Origin: Polyangia bacterium
GTDB taxonomy: Bacteria > Myxococcota_A > Polyangia > Palsa-1104
Assembly: GCA_039923495.1 (NCBI GenBank)
Contig: JBDTCO010000087.1
Span: forward strand, 14,404-78,403
Direction of reading: 5' to 3'
Length of the DNA: 64,000 bases
Positions 32,527 through 42,797 of this stretch are shown piece after piece. The notes beneath the pieces are model-generated. The model saw only the letters and a program-made list of their open reading frames with translations, was not told the DNA's origin and made no database searches. Positions within the stretch are counted from its first letter, which is position 1. The number at the start of each line of letters is the position of its first letter. Made by a program: the position numbers and the translations under genes.

Positions 32527-34020
32527 TTAAATAGGTATGTCGTCGCGGAACTCGATCCGCCTGGGCACCTTGTACGGCGCGAGGTTCTTCGCGCAGTGGT
32601 CGATGATCTCCTCCGCGCCGACCTTGCCCATCACGACGACGCAGGCGACGACCATCGGGCCGCCGAGCGGATCGGTGATGACGCGAGCCTGGGCGCGCTG
32701 CACCGATGGGAAGCTCTCGAGGCAGCTCTCCACCTCGCCGAGCGCGACGCGCTTGCCATCGACCTTGACGAGCTGGTCTTCGCGACCCTCGAGGAAGATG
32801 CGGCCCGTCTTGTCGATACGGCCCAGATCGCCGGTGCGGAACCAGCCCTTGTCGTCGGCGCTGCCGACGCGGGCCTCGCTGCCGGGCTTCATGCGATCCA
32901 TGAGCTTCTGCGCGGATCCGACGGAGCGCTGGGCGACCCACTTGCTGCGGACCCACAGCGGGCCTGCGTCCTTCGTCTTCGGCTCGCCGACCTTCACCTC
33001 GACGCCGTCGATGGGCTTGCCGACCGACGGTGTGGACTCGGTGCCCTTGCGATCACACGCGATGAGACCCGTCTCGGTCGTGTGGTACGCGGCGATGATG
33101 CGGATGCCCCAGCGCTCGCGGAAGCTGTCCGCGACGGCCTCGGCGAGCGGCGCGCCGCCCGAGAGGTAGCGTGCGTCCTTGATCTTGAGCGGCTTGGCCG
33201 TGGGGAGCTTCGCGAGGCCCGCGTAGAGACTTGGCGTGCCGGGGAGCACGTTGATCTCCTGCTCGCGCAGCAGCTTCACGATGCGCTTCGGCGCCACCTC
33301 GTCCTCGAGGAACAGCGTGGCGCCGTACTTGAGCGCCGGCACGAAGCCGAGGTCGAAGCCGTACGCGTGGTACAGCGGCACGGTCGTGAGGATTCGATCC
33401 TCCGCGGTGATATCGAGCGCCTTTTGCGTGAGCGTCGCAGCGGCCTCGAGGTTCTCGCTGGTGCGCAGGATGCCCTTCGGCTCTCCGAAGGAATCGTTGG
33501 TGTAGAGCACGACCGCGGCCTCGCTCGGCGTCGGCGCGGGGTTCTTGAAGACGGTGCACGTGAGCAGCGTGCTCTGCAGCCGTCGCCGCGTCTCGACGGG
33601 CGGACCTTCCTTGCCGAGCGGACCCTGTGTCTGCGGTGTCGCGACGACCGGAGCGTAGGCGTCGCGTGGCTGACCGCTCGTGCTGTCGGTGCCACCTCGC
33701 GGTCGCGTGATGAGCGCGCGCAGCGGAGCGTGCTCGAGGATGAGCAGCAGGTCGCGTGTCCCGGTGGTGGGATCGAGCGGTACGACGACTGCGCCGAGCT
33801 TCGACAGCGCCAGCGCGAGGATCGCGAAGTCGGGGACGTTGCCGAGCATGAGCCCGACCCACTGGCCCTTCGTGACGCCGAGCGTGGAGAACTCATGCGC
33901 ACGACGCTCCACGCGGTGCTCGAGGCCACGCCACGATAGATACGTGTCGCGATAGACCAGCGCCTTGGCACTGCCCCGTGCGCGCGTCGCATCTACGAGC
34001 CACTTGCCAAGGATGGTCAT
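32527..34020 (-). CDS. AMP-dependent synthetase/ligase (adenylate-forming enzyme)
   Basis: Adenylation core motifs: YTNDSFGEPKG (degenerate A3), YHAYGFD, TGD...GR..., final K in ...NLAPYKVPRRIEF. Start 34020 (MTILGKW) or 34062. Confidence 0.8.
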   Translation of the reverse strand: MTILGKWLVDATRARGSAKALVYRDTYLSWRGLEHRVERRAHEFSTLGVTKGQWVGLMLGNVPDFAILALALSKLGAVVVPLDPTTGTRDLLLILEHAPLRALITRPRGGTDSTSGQPRDAYAPVVATPQTQGPLGKEGPPVETRRRLQSTLLTCTVFKNPAPTPSEAAVVLYTNDSFGEPKGILRTSENLEAAATLTQKALDITAEDRILTTVPLYHAYGFDLGFVPALKYGATLFLEDEVAPKRIVKLLREQEINVLPGTPSLYAGLAKLPTAKPLKIKDARYLSGGAPLAEAVADSFRERWGIRIIAAYHTTETGLIACDRKGTESTPSVGKPIDGVEVKVGEPKTKDAGPLWVRSKWVAQRSVGSAQKLMDRMKPGSEARVGSADDKGWFRTGDLGRIDKTGRIFLEGREDQLVKVDGKRVALGEVESCLESFPSVQRAQARVITDPLGGPMVVACVVVMGKVGAEEIIDHCAKNLAPYKVPRRIEFRDDIPI

Positions 34021-34060
34021 GGTCTTCCCGCCGACCACAGCGTACGGTATGTAGACCGTC

Positions 34061-35899
34061 ATGTGCAAGCGTCGCATGAGGGTGACCGGCGTTGCCGCGT
34101 TTGCACTTTTTTTCGGACCGCTCGGTTTCGTTCCTGCGTGCAAACGCACGACACCTTCGTCGGCCTCGGGCCTGGACGCCGCTCGGTCGGTTGGCGACCT
34201 CGGGACGGAGCCCTTGGGTCGCACGCCCCGCCAGCCGGGGATTCCTGCCGGCGGCGATGGCCAGGTGGCGCTCGATGCGCTGGTGCGCGCGAACCTGGAC
34301 GCAGAGCTGGCGCTGCGTCCGACGATGGCATCCTGGCTTGGTGATCATGGCTACGACGACAAGCTCGACGACGTTCGCACGGACGCGCAGCTCCGCGAGG
34401 CGACGCGGCTGCGCACGCTGAGCGACCAGCTGCGCGCGCTGTCCGACGACAAGCTCACACGCTCGGGCCGCCTCGATCGCAAGATCCTGATGCGCCGCAC
34501 CGAGGCCGCGCTGCACGAGCTGTCGGAGATGCGGCCGCTCGAGCGCAACCCGATGTTCTACGTGGACATCGCGCAGGCGGGCGTCGACAGCCTCGTGTCC
34601 GGCGAGCGCGCCGACGACGCGAGCATGGGCACCGACACGCTGCATGCCCTCAACGGGAGGCTGTGGCGGATCCGCGGGCTCTTCGACGAGGCGCGCCGCA
34701 ACCTGCGTGGCTCGGCGCCCGAGCTATCGGTGCGACGCGCGATCGACAACGCGCAGGCCCTGCGCGCGTTCCTCGGTGAGACGCTTCCGCACCTCGTCGC
34801 CGCGGTGCCGGATGCGCGCCTCGTCGACGACGCACGCGCGGCGTCCGGCGACGCGGGACGTGCGCTCGACGAGTTCGTGAACTGGCTGCAGCGCGACTTT
34901 CAACCACGCGCGCACGGAGAGCTCGCGCTCGGGCCGCAGCGCTTCTGGGATCGCCTCCGTCTCGTCGAGGACATGCCCGGCTCCATCGACGTGCTGATAC
35001 CGCGCGTCGAGGCCGCGGTGCGTGACTCGTCACGGCGTGTCGACGATGCGACGAAGGTCGTCGTCGCGAGCCAGCCGCCGGGTCCGCGCGTGGACGCGCA
35101 GCGCCTCATCGAGGACGATCGTCCGAAGGCGGAGGAGCTCTTCACGAAGACGCAGCTCCTCGTCGACCAGCTCGGTGCGTGGGGCCGTGATCGCGCCGGC
35201 CTGCCGGTGCCGCCGCTCGGTCTGCCGCGGGTCGTCGAGATGCCACCGCAGTGCTCGGGCCTCGTGCAGCTCGAGGCCAACGCGCCGCTCGAGAAGCACG
35301 CACGTCCCGCGGTCGTGTACCTCGAACCGGTCGTGCGCGCGACGAGCGAGAAGACCCGCACCGAGCTGCTCCGCGCGCTCAACCGTCCGACGCTCACGGT
35401 CACGCTCGCGCACGAGCTGCTCGGCCACTTCCTCGTCGGGCTCGCGCGTCGGCAGGCACCCTCGCTGATGCAGCGCGTCTCGTCGTCGCTCCTGCTCGAC
35501 GAGGGCTTCGCCACGTACGTCGAGCACCTGCTCCTCGTCGACAGCGACGATCCGCACGTGCGACTCGTCGCCGAGCGCAACCTGCAGCTGCGCCTCCTGC
35601 GCCTCCTCGCGTCGATCCGTTTCCACGCGCAGGGCGCTCGCCTCGACGACATCGCCAAGCTGTTCTCCGATGAAGCCGACCTCGACGACTCGCAGGCGCG
35701 CCGTGAGTCAGAGCGCATCGCGCTCGATCCGATGGCAGGCGCAGGGGCGCTCGGTCGCCTGGAGATCGAGCGGCTCCGCATCGACTGGCAGGCGGCGCAT
35801 GGGGTGGATCCGACCTCGACCGCGTTCCACGCGGCGCTCCTGTCCTACGGGGGCGCGCCGATCGAGCTCATCCGCGAGGAGCTGCTCGGGGGGCAGTAG
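34061..35899 (+). CDS. lipoprotein, DUF885-like putative metallopeptidase (HELLGH motif)
   Basis: Signal/lipobox MRVTGVAAFALFFGPLGFVPAC; HELLGHF...DEGFATY suggests a zincin-like site; family assignment from memory, moderate. Confidence 0.72.
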   Translation: MCKRRMRVTGVAAFALFFGPLGFVPACKRTTPSSASGLDAARSVGDLGTEPLGRTPRQPGIPAGGDGQVALDALVRANLDAELALRPTMASWLGDHGYDDKLDDVRTDAQLREATRLRTLSDQLRALSDDKLTRSGRLDRKILMRRTEAALHELSEMRPLERNPMFYVDIAQAGVDSLVSGERADDASMGTDTLHALNGRLWRIRGLFDEARRNLRGSAPELSVRRAIDNAQALRAFLGETLPHLVAAVPDARLVDDARAASGDAGRALDEFVNWLQRDFQPRAHGELALGPQRFWDRLRLVEDMPGSIDVLIPRVEAAVRDSSRRVDDATKVVVASQPPGPRVDAQRLIEDDRPKAEELFTKTQLLVDQLGAWGRDRAGLPVPPLGLPRVVEMPPQCSGLVQLEANAPLEKHARPAVVYLEPVVRATSEKTRTELLRALNRPTLTVTLAHELLGHFLVGLARRQAPSLMQRVSSSLLLDEGFATYVEHLLLVDSDDPHVRLVAERNLQLRLLRLLASIRFHAQGARLDDIAKLFSDEADLDDSQARRESERIALDPMAGAGALGRLEIERLRIDWQAAHGVDPTSTAFHAALLSYGGAPIELIREELLGGQ

Positions 35900-35931
35900 G
35901 AACCTTTCGCGCGCAGGGTTGTCCACCTTGC

Positions 35932-36641
35932 ATGAGCTATCGGGATGATCTGGATGCGCTGACCGCTCGACATGCTGCGCTCGCGGCAGAAGTCCGCACC
36001 AGGCAGCACGAACTCGACGATGCCGCGCGGCTCCTCACCGAGGTGCGCGCGAGGTCGAAGCTCGCGGTGCTCGACGGGATTCGCGTCGCCGCCCCGTGCC
36101 GCGCCGACTGGAACGAGATGAGCGGGGACGAGCGCGTGCGGGCCTGCGGTGCCTGCAACAAGAACGTCTACAACGTGAGCGAGATGACGCGCGCGGAAGC
36201 AGAGGCGCTCATCCTCGCGAAGGAGGGCGGCTGTGCGTACGCTACTTCCAGCGCCGGGACGGAACGATCATGCTCAAGGACTGCGCGATCGGAACCTCGC
36301 AGCGCCGCCGTCGTCGCTGGATCGCAGTCGGCGTGAGCGCGGCGCTCGCGGGTGGTGCGGTGGCATCACGCGCTCCGGAGCGCAGCATCCTCGGCACCGC
36401 GGACGTCGACGCGCGGGGCCTGCCGCGGGCGGTGTCGATCACGCACGTGCCGTTGCTGAAGCAGAAGCGACCCAAGCTCGTCGACATGTCGGAGGAGGGT
36501 TTCCTCGGTGGAGCGATGTCCAGCTTCACGATGGGCGAGATGACCCCGATCATCGAGACGACGCTCAGCGAGCAGCCACAGCCTGCGTCGGATCCATCTT
36601 CATCGGCACACCTTCGTTCGACCCGTGGAAGTAGCCGGTGA
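35932..36641 (+). pseudogene. zinc-ribbon / single-TM protein gene interrupted by an apparent -1 frameshift near 36222-36232 (possible pseudogene or sequence error)
   Basis: Frame 1 is protein-like up to ...CRADWNEMSGDERVRACGACNKNVYNVSEMTRAEAEALILAKEGG then turns low-complexity. Frame 3 continues protein-like from ...EGGRLCVRYFQRRDGTIMLKDCAIGTSQRRRRRWIAVGVSAALAGGAVA (TM)...; the shift lies in the G-rich run aaggagggcggctg. Confidence 0.5.
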
Positions 36642-37851
36642 GCAGATCGGCCGCGACCTGGTGCGCCTTCCAGCGCCAGCTCGGACCGTTGCCGAGCAGC
36701 ACGGCGAACGCGACCTCTGGCTTGTCGGCGGGCGCGTAGCCGACGAACCACGAGTACGCGATGCCGGGCTCCTTGCGGTTGAGCGAGCCCGTCTTGCCGG
36801 CGATCTCCATGCCGGGGAAGAGCTTCTTGCCCGAGTGCTTGTCGTGGAAGCCGAGGCGCGCGGTGCCGAACTCGGTGGTGCCGACCATCATGCGACCCAC
36901 GGTGCCGGCCGCCTCGGCGGAGATGACCCGTCGCGAGGGCGCGCCGTCCATCTCGAGAGACGAGCCCTCCGCGTCGGTGATTCGCTCGACGAGGCGGAGC
37001 GGCGGCGTGGTGCCACCGCGAGCGATCGTCGCCGCGATGATCGCGCCGTGCATCGGCGACAGCGTCGAGTGCCAGAAGCCCGCGGCGGTGCGCGCGTACT
37101 CGAGCGCGTCCTGTCGTGGCACGTCGATGGCCGATGCCACGGACGGGAAATCGACCGGCAGCGCGCGACCGAAGCCGAACTTGCGCGCGACGTCGTCGAG
37201 GACCTCCGGCGTGAGGTGATCGTGCGCGAGGCGGGCGATGATCGCGTTCTGACTCTTGGCGAGGCCGAACGCGAGCGACTTGCAGGAGTCGTCGAGCCGC
37301 GGCGAAGACACGAGGTTCGACGCGTCGACGGCGTGAACCCCACCGTGGTAGCAGACCTCCTGTTCTGGAGCGATGCCGGCCTCGACGAGCGCGGACGTCG
37401 TCACGATCTTGAAGACGGACGCAGCGGGCGCCCAGGGCTTGAGGACGAGGTCGGCCGTCGTGAGGTCCGGCTCGGCGTCGGAGCGACCCGCCATCGCGAG
37501 CACGCGGCCGTCGGCGACAGACAGCAGCACGGCAGCGCCGTACGGCGTGGGGTGATCCGCGAGCGTCTTCTCGGTGAGCTCCTGGAGGCGCGGGTCGAGC
37601 GAGAGCTCCGCGTGCGCGCCATCGGCGAAGACCTGCACATAGCCGATCCCGTCCTTGCGAACGCGCGTCCAGTCGAGCTCGCGCTGGAGCCGCGCGTGCG
37701 CGAGATCAGCCGGTCGGGGCAGCGCGATGGACAGCGGAGGCGCGGCCTCGGCCAGGCGTCCGTACCTGTGGATCACCATGGCGAGCAGCAGCAACGAGCA
37801 CACCGCAAGACCGGTCGCGAAGTGTCGGGTTCTGCTGATTTGCCTAATCAT
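36565..37851 (-). CDS. penicillin-binding protein, transpeptidase domain (class-B-like)
   Basis: AAGAGG RBS on the minus strand before [22 protein letters not shown] (SxxK), SQN (SxN), KTGS (KTG) active-site triad. Confidence 0.85.
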   Translation of the reverse strand: MIRQISRTRHFATGLAVCSLLLLAMVIHRYGRLAEAAPPLSIALPRPADLAHARLQRELDWTRVRKDGIGYVQVFADGAHAELSLDPRLQELTEKTLADHPTPYGAAVLLSVADGRVLAMAGRSDAEPDLTTADLVLKPWAPAASVFKIVTTSALVEAGIAPEQEVCYHGGVHAVDASNLVSSPRLDDSCKSLAFGLAKSQNAIIARLAHDHLTPEVLDDVARKFGFGRALPVDFPSVASAIDVPRQDALEYARTAAGFWHSTLSPMHGAIIAATIARGGTTPPLRLVERITDAEGSSLEMDGAPSRRVISAEAAGTVGRMMVGTTEFGTARLGFHDKHSGKKLFPGMEIAGKTGSLNRKEPGIAYSWFVGYAPADKPEVAFAVLLGNGPSWRWKAHQVAADLLTGYFHGSNEGVPMKMDPTQAVAAR

Positions 37852-37871
37852 CTCGCCTCTTTCGGTGTGTG

Positions 37872-37902
37872 TGTACCTCAAGGTATTACATGTAGGTACA
37901 TG
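37872..37902. promoter_or_regulatory. candidate operator: GTACCT-N15-AGGTAC inverted repeat containing two ACATGT palindromes, in lower-GC divergent promoter region (37852-37956)
   Basis: gtacctcaaggtattacatgtaggtacatgt read directly; only 105-bp intergenic region between the PBP and the FHA-GGDEF gene. Confidence 0.3.
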
Positions 37903-37956
37903 TCGCAAATTTCCTGACGTAAAGCGCCCGAAGTTTGGGTGTAGAGTTCGGCGGCC

Positions 37957-38839
37957 GATGACCAGCGCGCGCACGAAGACGGTCGTGACCGTCGTCTCGA
38001 AGGTCTCGGAGAAGCCACCCGGGAAAGACGCCTGCCTCGTCGTGATCTATGGCCTCGAGCTGGGCCGGAAGTACGGCCTCGAGGCCGCGACCGCGACCCT
38101 CGGCCGCTCGTCCAAGGCGGATGTGCAGGTCGACCAGGAGTCGGTCTCGCGCAACCACGCCAAGATCATCAACACCGGCAAGTCGCACATCCTTCGCGAC
38201 CTCGGCTCCACCAACGGCACGTACGTCAACGATCAGCAGGTCGACGAGTACGTGCTCCGCGATGGCGACTTCGTGAAGGTCGGCCGCACCATCTTCAAGT
38301 TCCTCTCGGGCGGCAACATCGAGAACGCCTACCACGAGGAGATCTACCGACTCACCACCGTCGACGGCCTCACCCAGATCCACAACCGTCGCTACTTCAT
38401 GGAGCAGATCGATCGCGAGGTCTCGCGCTCGCGCCGCTACCACCGCGAGCTGAGCGTCATCCTCTTCGACATCGACCGCTTCAAGAGCATCAACGACACG
38501 TACGGTCACCTGGCCGGCGATTACGTGCTCACGCAGCTCGCGACGGTGGTGAAGGGCAAGATCCGGCGCGAGGATCTGTTCGCGCGCTACGGCGGCGAGG
38601 AGTTCGCGATCGTGCTGCCGGAGATCGACGGGCCCGGCGCCGTCGCCTTCGCAGAGAAGATCCGGCGCGTCATCGAGAAGGCGCCGTTCCGCTTCGAGGA
38701 CGCGCAGATCCAGGTCACCGTCTCCATCGGCATTGCCAGTCTCTCGCAAGACGAGGGCGACTCGACCGAGCTCATCAAGCGCTCCGACGACAAGCTCTAC
38801 GAGGCGAAAGAGTCGGGGCGAAACTGCGTGCGCGCGTGA
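37957..38839 (+). CDS. FHA-domain diguanylate cyclase (GGDEF; GGEEF active site with RxxD I-site)
   Basis: [26 protein letters not shown]...[24 protein letters not shown]...[19 protein letters not shown]...[13 protein letters not shown]. Confidence 0.88.
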
Positions 38840-39873
38840 GCCGCACGGCGCTGACCTCGCTGCTGTCCTTCGCACTCGGGATGCTTTTTCCCGTCGCTGC
38901 GCTCGCGCAGACGGCGCCGCACATGGTCTCGAGGTCGACGACCGCGATGGGCACGCAGGTGTCCATCTCCATCTACACCGACGACAACGAGGGCGCTGCG
39001 CGCGTCATCGACAACGCGCTCGACGAGGTCGTGCGCATCGAGCGGATGATGACCACGTGGCGCGACGACTCCGAGGTCTCGCGCCTCAACGCGGCCGCGG
39101 GCAAGGCGCCGGTCGTCGTCTCCGACGAGACGATGGAGGTCCTCGAGATGGCGCAGCAGTCGTCGGCGTGGTCCGACGGCGCGTTCGACATCACCTACTA
39201 CGGGCTCCACGGCCTGTGGAAGTTCGACGAGGATCTCGAGAAGCGCATCCCCGACGCCGCCGATGTGAAGGCGCGCCTGCCGCTCATCGACTGGCGCAAG
39301 CTCAAGCTCGATCGCAAGCGCCACACCGCGTTTCTCGAGAAGCCGGGCATGGCCGTGAACCTCGGTGGTATCGCGAAGGGCTATGCCGTCGATCGCATGG
39401 CAAACATCCTGCGTCGCGGCGGCTTCCCGAACGCGCTCGTGCAGGCGGGCGGCGATCTGCTCTGCGCGGGCACCAAGGGCGGCAAGCCGTGGACCGCGGG
39501 GATCCGCGATCCGCGCGGCGGCTGGAAGGATGTCTTCGCCGGGATTCGCCTCGAGGATCACGCGTTCTCGACGGCAGGCGACTACGAGCGCTACTTCATG
39601 CTCGGCGGTACGCGGTACCACCACATCCTCGATCCGCGCACGGGCATGCCGGCGATGGCGTCGCGCTCGGTCACCGTCTACGCGAAGACGGCGCTCCTCG
39701 CGGACGCGATCGACGACGCGATCTTCATCATGGGGTGGAAGCGCGGCTTCGCGATGATCGAGAAGATCCCCGACGTCGGCGCGGTGGTGGTGGATCGAGA
39801 CGGCGCCATTCACGTCTCGGATCGCATGAAGGGCCGCCTCGACGTGTTCTACACGCCGAAGAACCAGCCCTGA
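38836..39873 (+). CDS. apbE: FAD:protein FMN transferase
   Basis: GTG overlaps the GGDEF stop (GTGA); signal peptide; [12 protein letters not shown]..., [10 protein letters not shown], typical ApbE motifs. Confidence 0.85.
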   Translation: MSRTALTSLLSFALGMLFPVAALAQTAPHMVSRSTTAMGTQVSISIYTDDNEGAARVIDNALDEVVRIERMMTTWRDDSEVSRLNAAAGKAPVVVSDETMEVLEMAQQSSAWSDGAFDITYYGLHGLWKFDEDLEKRIPDAADVKARLPLIDWRKLKLDRKRHTAFLEKPGMAVNLGGIAKGYAVDRMANILRRGGFPNALVQAGGDLLCAGTKGGKPWTAGIRDPRGGWKDVFAGIRLEDHAFSTAGDYERYFMLGGTRYHHILDPRTGMPAMASRSVTVYAKTALLADAIDDAIFIMGWKRGFAMIEKIPDVGAVVVDRDGAIHVSDRMKGRLDVFYTPKNQP

Positions 39874-39882
39874 GTCTCACCG

Positions 39883-39905
39883 CGGGAGGGGAAGGAACCC
39901 TCCCG
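39883..39905. terminator. bidirectional hairpin (8-bp stem CGGGAGGG/CCCTCCCG, 7-nt loop) between convergent apbE and acyltransferase genes
   Basis: Inverted repeat read directly, followed by a T-rich run. Confidence 0.45.
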
Positions 39906-39913
39906 GGGGTTCT

Positions 39914-40945
39914 TCAAAGAACGCTGTCGAGCTGCGCGGCGAGGCGGGCGACGAGCGCGGTGTCTTCCGCACCCTCCGCGCCGAACTCCTGACCGAGGAA
40001 GAGCGGCGTGCCGAAGGCGAGCGTGTGCGCGCGCGCGGCACGGAACAGCCCCGTGCCGAAGCCGGTGGACTCGCCGACCGAGACGGGGACGATCGGGGCG
40101 CCGGTCACGAGCGCGAGCGCGACGACCGTCGCGAGATCGAGCGAGCCGCGACCCTCGTCCCCGCCGACGAACGCGAGCGCGACCTTGTCATCGTCGAGCA
40201 GGCGCGCGAAGTCGGAGAGCTCGGACGGCACGCCACCGAGCTTGCGCAGCAGCGAGCCCACGAGCGGCGTGTAGAGCCGAGCCGGATGGACGAGTGGGCG
40301 GACCTGACGGTGCGCGACGTGCTCGACGCTGACCGCGTGCGAGATGAGCGACGCATCGAGCGCGGTGCCGATGGTGCCGCTCCAGCCGAGCCTCGCGAGC
40401 CCGGCCTCGGCGAGCGAGCGGAGGCGACCCTTCGACGGCGAACGACGACGTGCGACGAGGATCGCGCCACCCGTCTCCGGCACGTGGCCGAGCCCGCGCA
40501 CCGTCACGCGCAGCGAGCGGTAGAGGAAGTCGACGAGCGGTGCCGCGCGCCCCGCGAGCTGCGGGTCCCGGCCGAAGCGATCGGCCGACGGATCGATGCG
40601 CATGAGCCACGTCTGGTCCTCTGCGCGCGCGAGCGTGAGCTGACGATCGCGCCAGAAGCGCCACGTGCCCGGCGCTGCCGCCTGCACGGGCTCGGCGATG
40701 CTGAGCGCCTCGGTGGTCTGCGGCGGCGCCCCGACGACCTTGGCCACGACGACCTTGGCCCCGACGACCTTGGCCCCGGGCTGCTTCTTCGGCTTCGCCT
40801 TCGTCGCGGGCTTCTCGGCGCGCGTGGACTTCGGCGCCTCGGTCTTGCGAGCCGGCGCACGCTTCACCTTGCTGGCAGCCGCGATCTTCTCCGGCTTGCC
40901 GTGTGCTGCACCGAACGGATCGTCGCCGAGGATCTTCTTGCCCAT
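39914..40945 (-). CDS. PlsC-family (lysophospholipid) acyltransferase with Lys/Ala-rich repetitive N-terminal region
   Basis: N-term KTEAPKSTRAEKPATKAKPKKQPGAKVVGAKVVVAKVVGA (15-bp tandem DNA repeats); acyltransferase-like core with GGDEGRGS...PIVPVSV. Confidence 0.7.
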   Translation of the reverse strand: MGKKILGDDPFGAAHGKPEKIAAASKVKRAPARKTEAPKSTRAEKPATKAKPKKQPGAKVVGAKVVVAKVVGAPPQTTEALSIAEPVQAAAPGTWRFWRDRQLTLARAEDQTWLMRIDPSADRFGRDPQLAGRAAPLVDFLYRSLRVTVRGLGHVPETGGAILVARRRSPSKGRLRSLAEAGLARLGWSGTIGTALDASLISHAVSVEHVAHRQVRPLVHPARLYTPLVGSLLRKLGGVPSELSDFARLLDDDKVALAFVGGDEGRGSLDLATVVALALVTGAPIVPVSVGESTGFGTGLFRAARAHTLAFGTPLFLGQEFGAEGAEDTALVARLAAQLDSVL

Positions 40946-41063
40946 GCCCTGCCGCTCCTGTCTCACGAGAAACCGATAGATTTTTCGAACCTTAGTTCAT
41001 GCCTCGGACTGCAATCAACTTTTCTTGCGCGTTGCGTCACGAGTGGTGTGATAACGCGTTGTC

Positions 41064-42797
41064 GTGACCTCGCGCATCCGTCTCTTGCCGGCCGCGCTCG
41101 CCGATCAGATCGCCGCCGGCGAGGTGGTCGAGCGCCCCGCGTCCGTGGTGAAGGAGCTGGTGGAGAACGCGCTCGACGCCGGCGCGCGTCGCGTCGAGGT
41201 CGAGATCGAGCGCGGTGGCCTCGGGCGCATCGTGGTCACCGATGACGGTGGTGGCATGTCGCCCGAGGAGGCGCACCTCGCGTTGCGCCGCCACGCGACG
41301 TCCAAGTTGCGCTCCGCCGACGAGCTGTTCTCGCTCGGCACCTTCGGCTTCCGCGGCGAGGCGCTCCCGTCCATCGCGTCGGTGGCCGAGCTCACGCTCA
41401 CGACCCGCAGACCAGAGGACACCGCGGCGTACGCGATCGTCGTGCGCGGAGGCGAGATCGTGTCGGCCGAAGAGGTCGGCGCGCCGTCGGGCACGCGCAT
41501 CGAGGCGCGCGCGCTGTTCGCGAATGTGCCCGCGCGACTCAAGTTCCAAAAGGCCGTGAGCACGGAGGCCGGCCACGTCGTCGAGTCGCTCGTGCGCACC
41601 GCGCTCGGCGCGCACGACGTGCACGTGCGGCTTCGCGTCGACGGGCGCTCGGTGCTCGAGCTGCCGTCGCACGCGAGCCTCGCCGAGCGCGCGCATGCGG
41701 TGCTGCGTCGCACGGCCGGTCGCATCGTGAAGCTCGCGTCGGCCACGCTCACCGAGGGGCCGGTGACGGTCGAGGTGCACCTCGCGCCGCCGGACGACGG
41801 CGTGCAGTCCGCACGGCACGTGCACCTGCTCGTGAACCGTCGCGTCGTGCGTGATCGCGGCCTCCTCGCGGCGCTGCAGGTCGCGCTGTCCGATCACCTG
41901 CCGCGCGGTCGTCACCCGCTGGCGGTGCTGTCGGTGGCGCTGCCGCCCGCGGATCTCGACGTGAACGTGCATCCGCAGAAGCTCGAGGTGCGCCTCGCGC
42001 GCGGGGCCGAGGTGTACGCGGCGGTGCGGCACGCCGTGCGCCGGGCGGCCGACGTGGCGTGCTGGGACCGGGAAGCACCCGTCGAGCACGTCGTGATTCC
42101 CGACGCCCGCTATCACGTCGATCGCGCGCCGGAGCCGCTCGTTGCACGGGATGTCGCCCGCGACACGCCGGGCATCTTCGACTTCGCCGCGGCGCCGGTG
42201 CGCGAGGAAGAAGCCGCGTTCGCCTACGGAGACGAGCGCGCGGCAGCCTTCGAGATCGTGAGCACACTCGCCTCGGGGGCCGCGCTGTACGTCCCTCCCG
42301 ACGTCGACCCATCGACGCCGCGGTTCCTCGGCGCGGTGCCGGGTGGCTACCTTGCGTTCACCGACGCGAGCGGGCTGTGGCTGCTCGATCAGCACGTCGC
42401 CTCCGCGCTGTGCATCGTCGCGGCGCCACCCGATGCCGTGCCGCTCGCGACGCCGATCTACGTCTCCGACGCGCTGCGCGCCTTGCGCCTGCCGTCGCTG
42501 CGCATCGAGGGGCAGCACCTCGTCGCGGCGCCAGCCGCGCTCACGGATGCGGTCGCGGCGCTCGTCGAGCTCGAGCTCGCGCTCGAGGATCTCGGCCCCG
42601 AGGAGGTCGGCGAGCGCCTCGTGTCGATGCTCGCGCTCACGCCTGCCGACGAGCCGAGCGCCGACGTGGCCGAGGCGCTCTTCGCGATGCTGCAAGGCGA
42701 GGGCACGCCGGCCGTCGTCACGCAGCTGCGCTTTCGTGGTCGTCGCGCGGCGGTGTTCGTCGGTCGCGGCGAGCTCGGGCGTCGCCTCGATCAATGA
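41064..42797 (+). CDS. mutL: DNA mismatch repair protein MutL
   Basis: IRLLPAALADQIAAGEVVERPASVVKELVENALDAGA...GTFGFRGEALPSIASV (GHKL ATPase motifs). Confidence 0.9.
   Translation: MTSRIRLLPAALADQIAAGEVVERPASVVKELVENALDAGARRVEVEIERGGLGRIVVTDDGGGMSPEEAHLALRRHATSKLRSADELFSLGTFGFRGEALPSIASVAELTLTTRRPEDTAAYAIVVRGGEIVSAEEVGAPSGTRIEARALFANVPARLKFQKAVSTEAGHVVESLVRTALGAHDVHVRLRVDGRSVLELPSHASLAERAHAVLRRTAGRIVKLASATLTEGPVTVEVHLAPPDDGVQSARHVHLLVNRRVVRDRGLLAALQVALSDHLPRGRHPLAVLSVALPPADLDVNVHPQKLEVRLARGAEVYAAVRHAVRRAADVACWDREAPVEHVVIPDARYHVDRAPEPLVARDVARDTPGIFDFAAAPVREEEAAFAYGDERAAAFEIVSTLASGAALYVPPDVDPSTPRFLGAVPGGYLAFTDASGLWLLDQHVASALCIVAAPPDAVPLATPIYVSDALRALRLPSLRIEGQHLVAAPAALTDAVAALVELELALEDLGPEEVGERLVSMLALTPADEPSADVAEALFAMLQGEGTPAVVTQLRFRGRRAAVFVGRGELGRRLDQ

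Noticed and set aside
36096-36232. Frame-3 ORF start (MPRRLERDERGRARAGLRC...) as an independent gene start
   Set aside because: The upstream part of frame 3 is Arg-rich nonsense, while the same DNA in frame 1 encodes a clean zinc-ribbon-like sequence; it is better explained as a frameshift joining frame 1 to frame 3.
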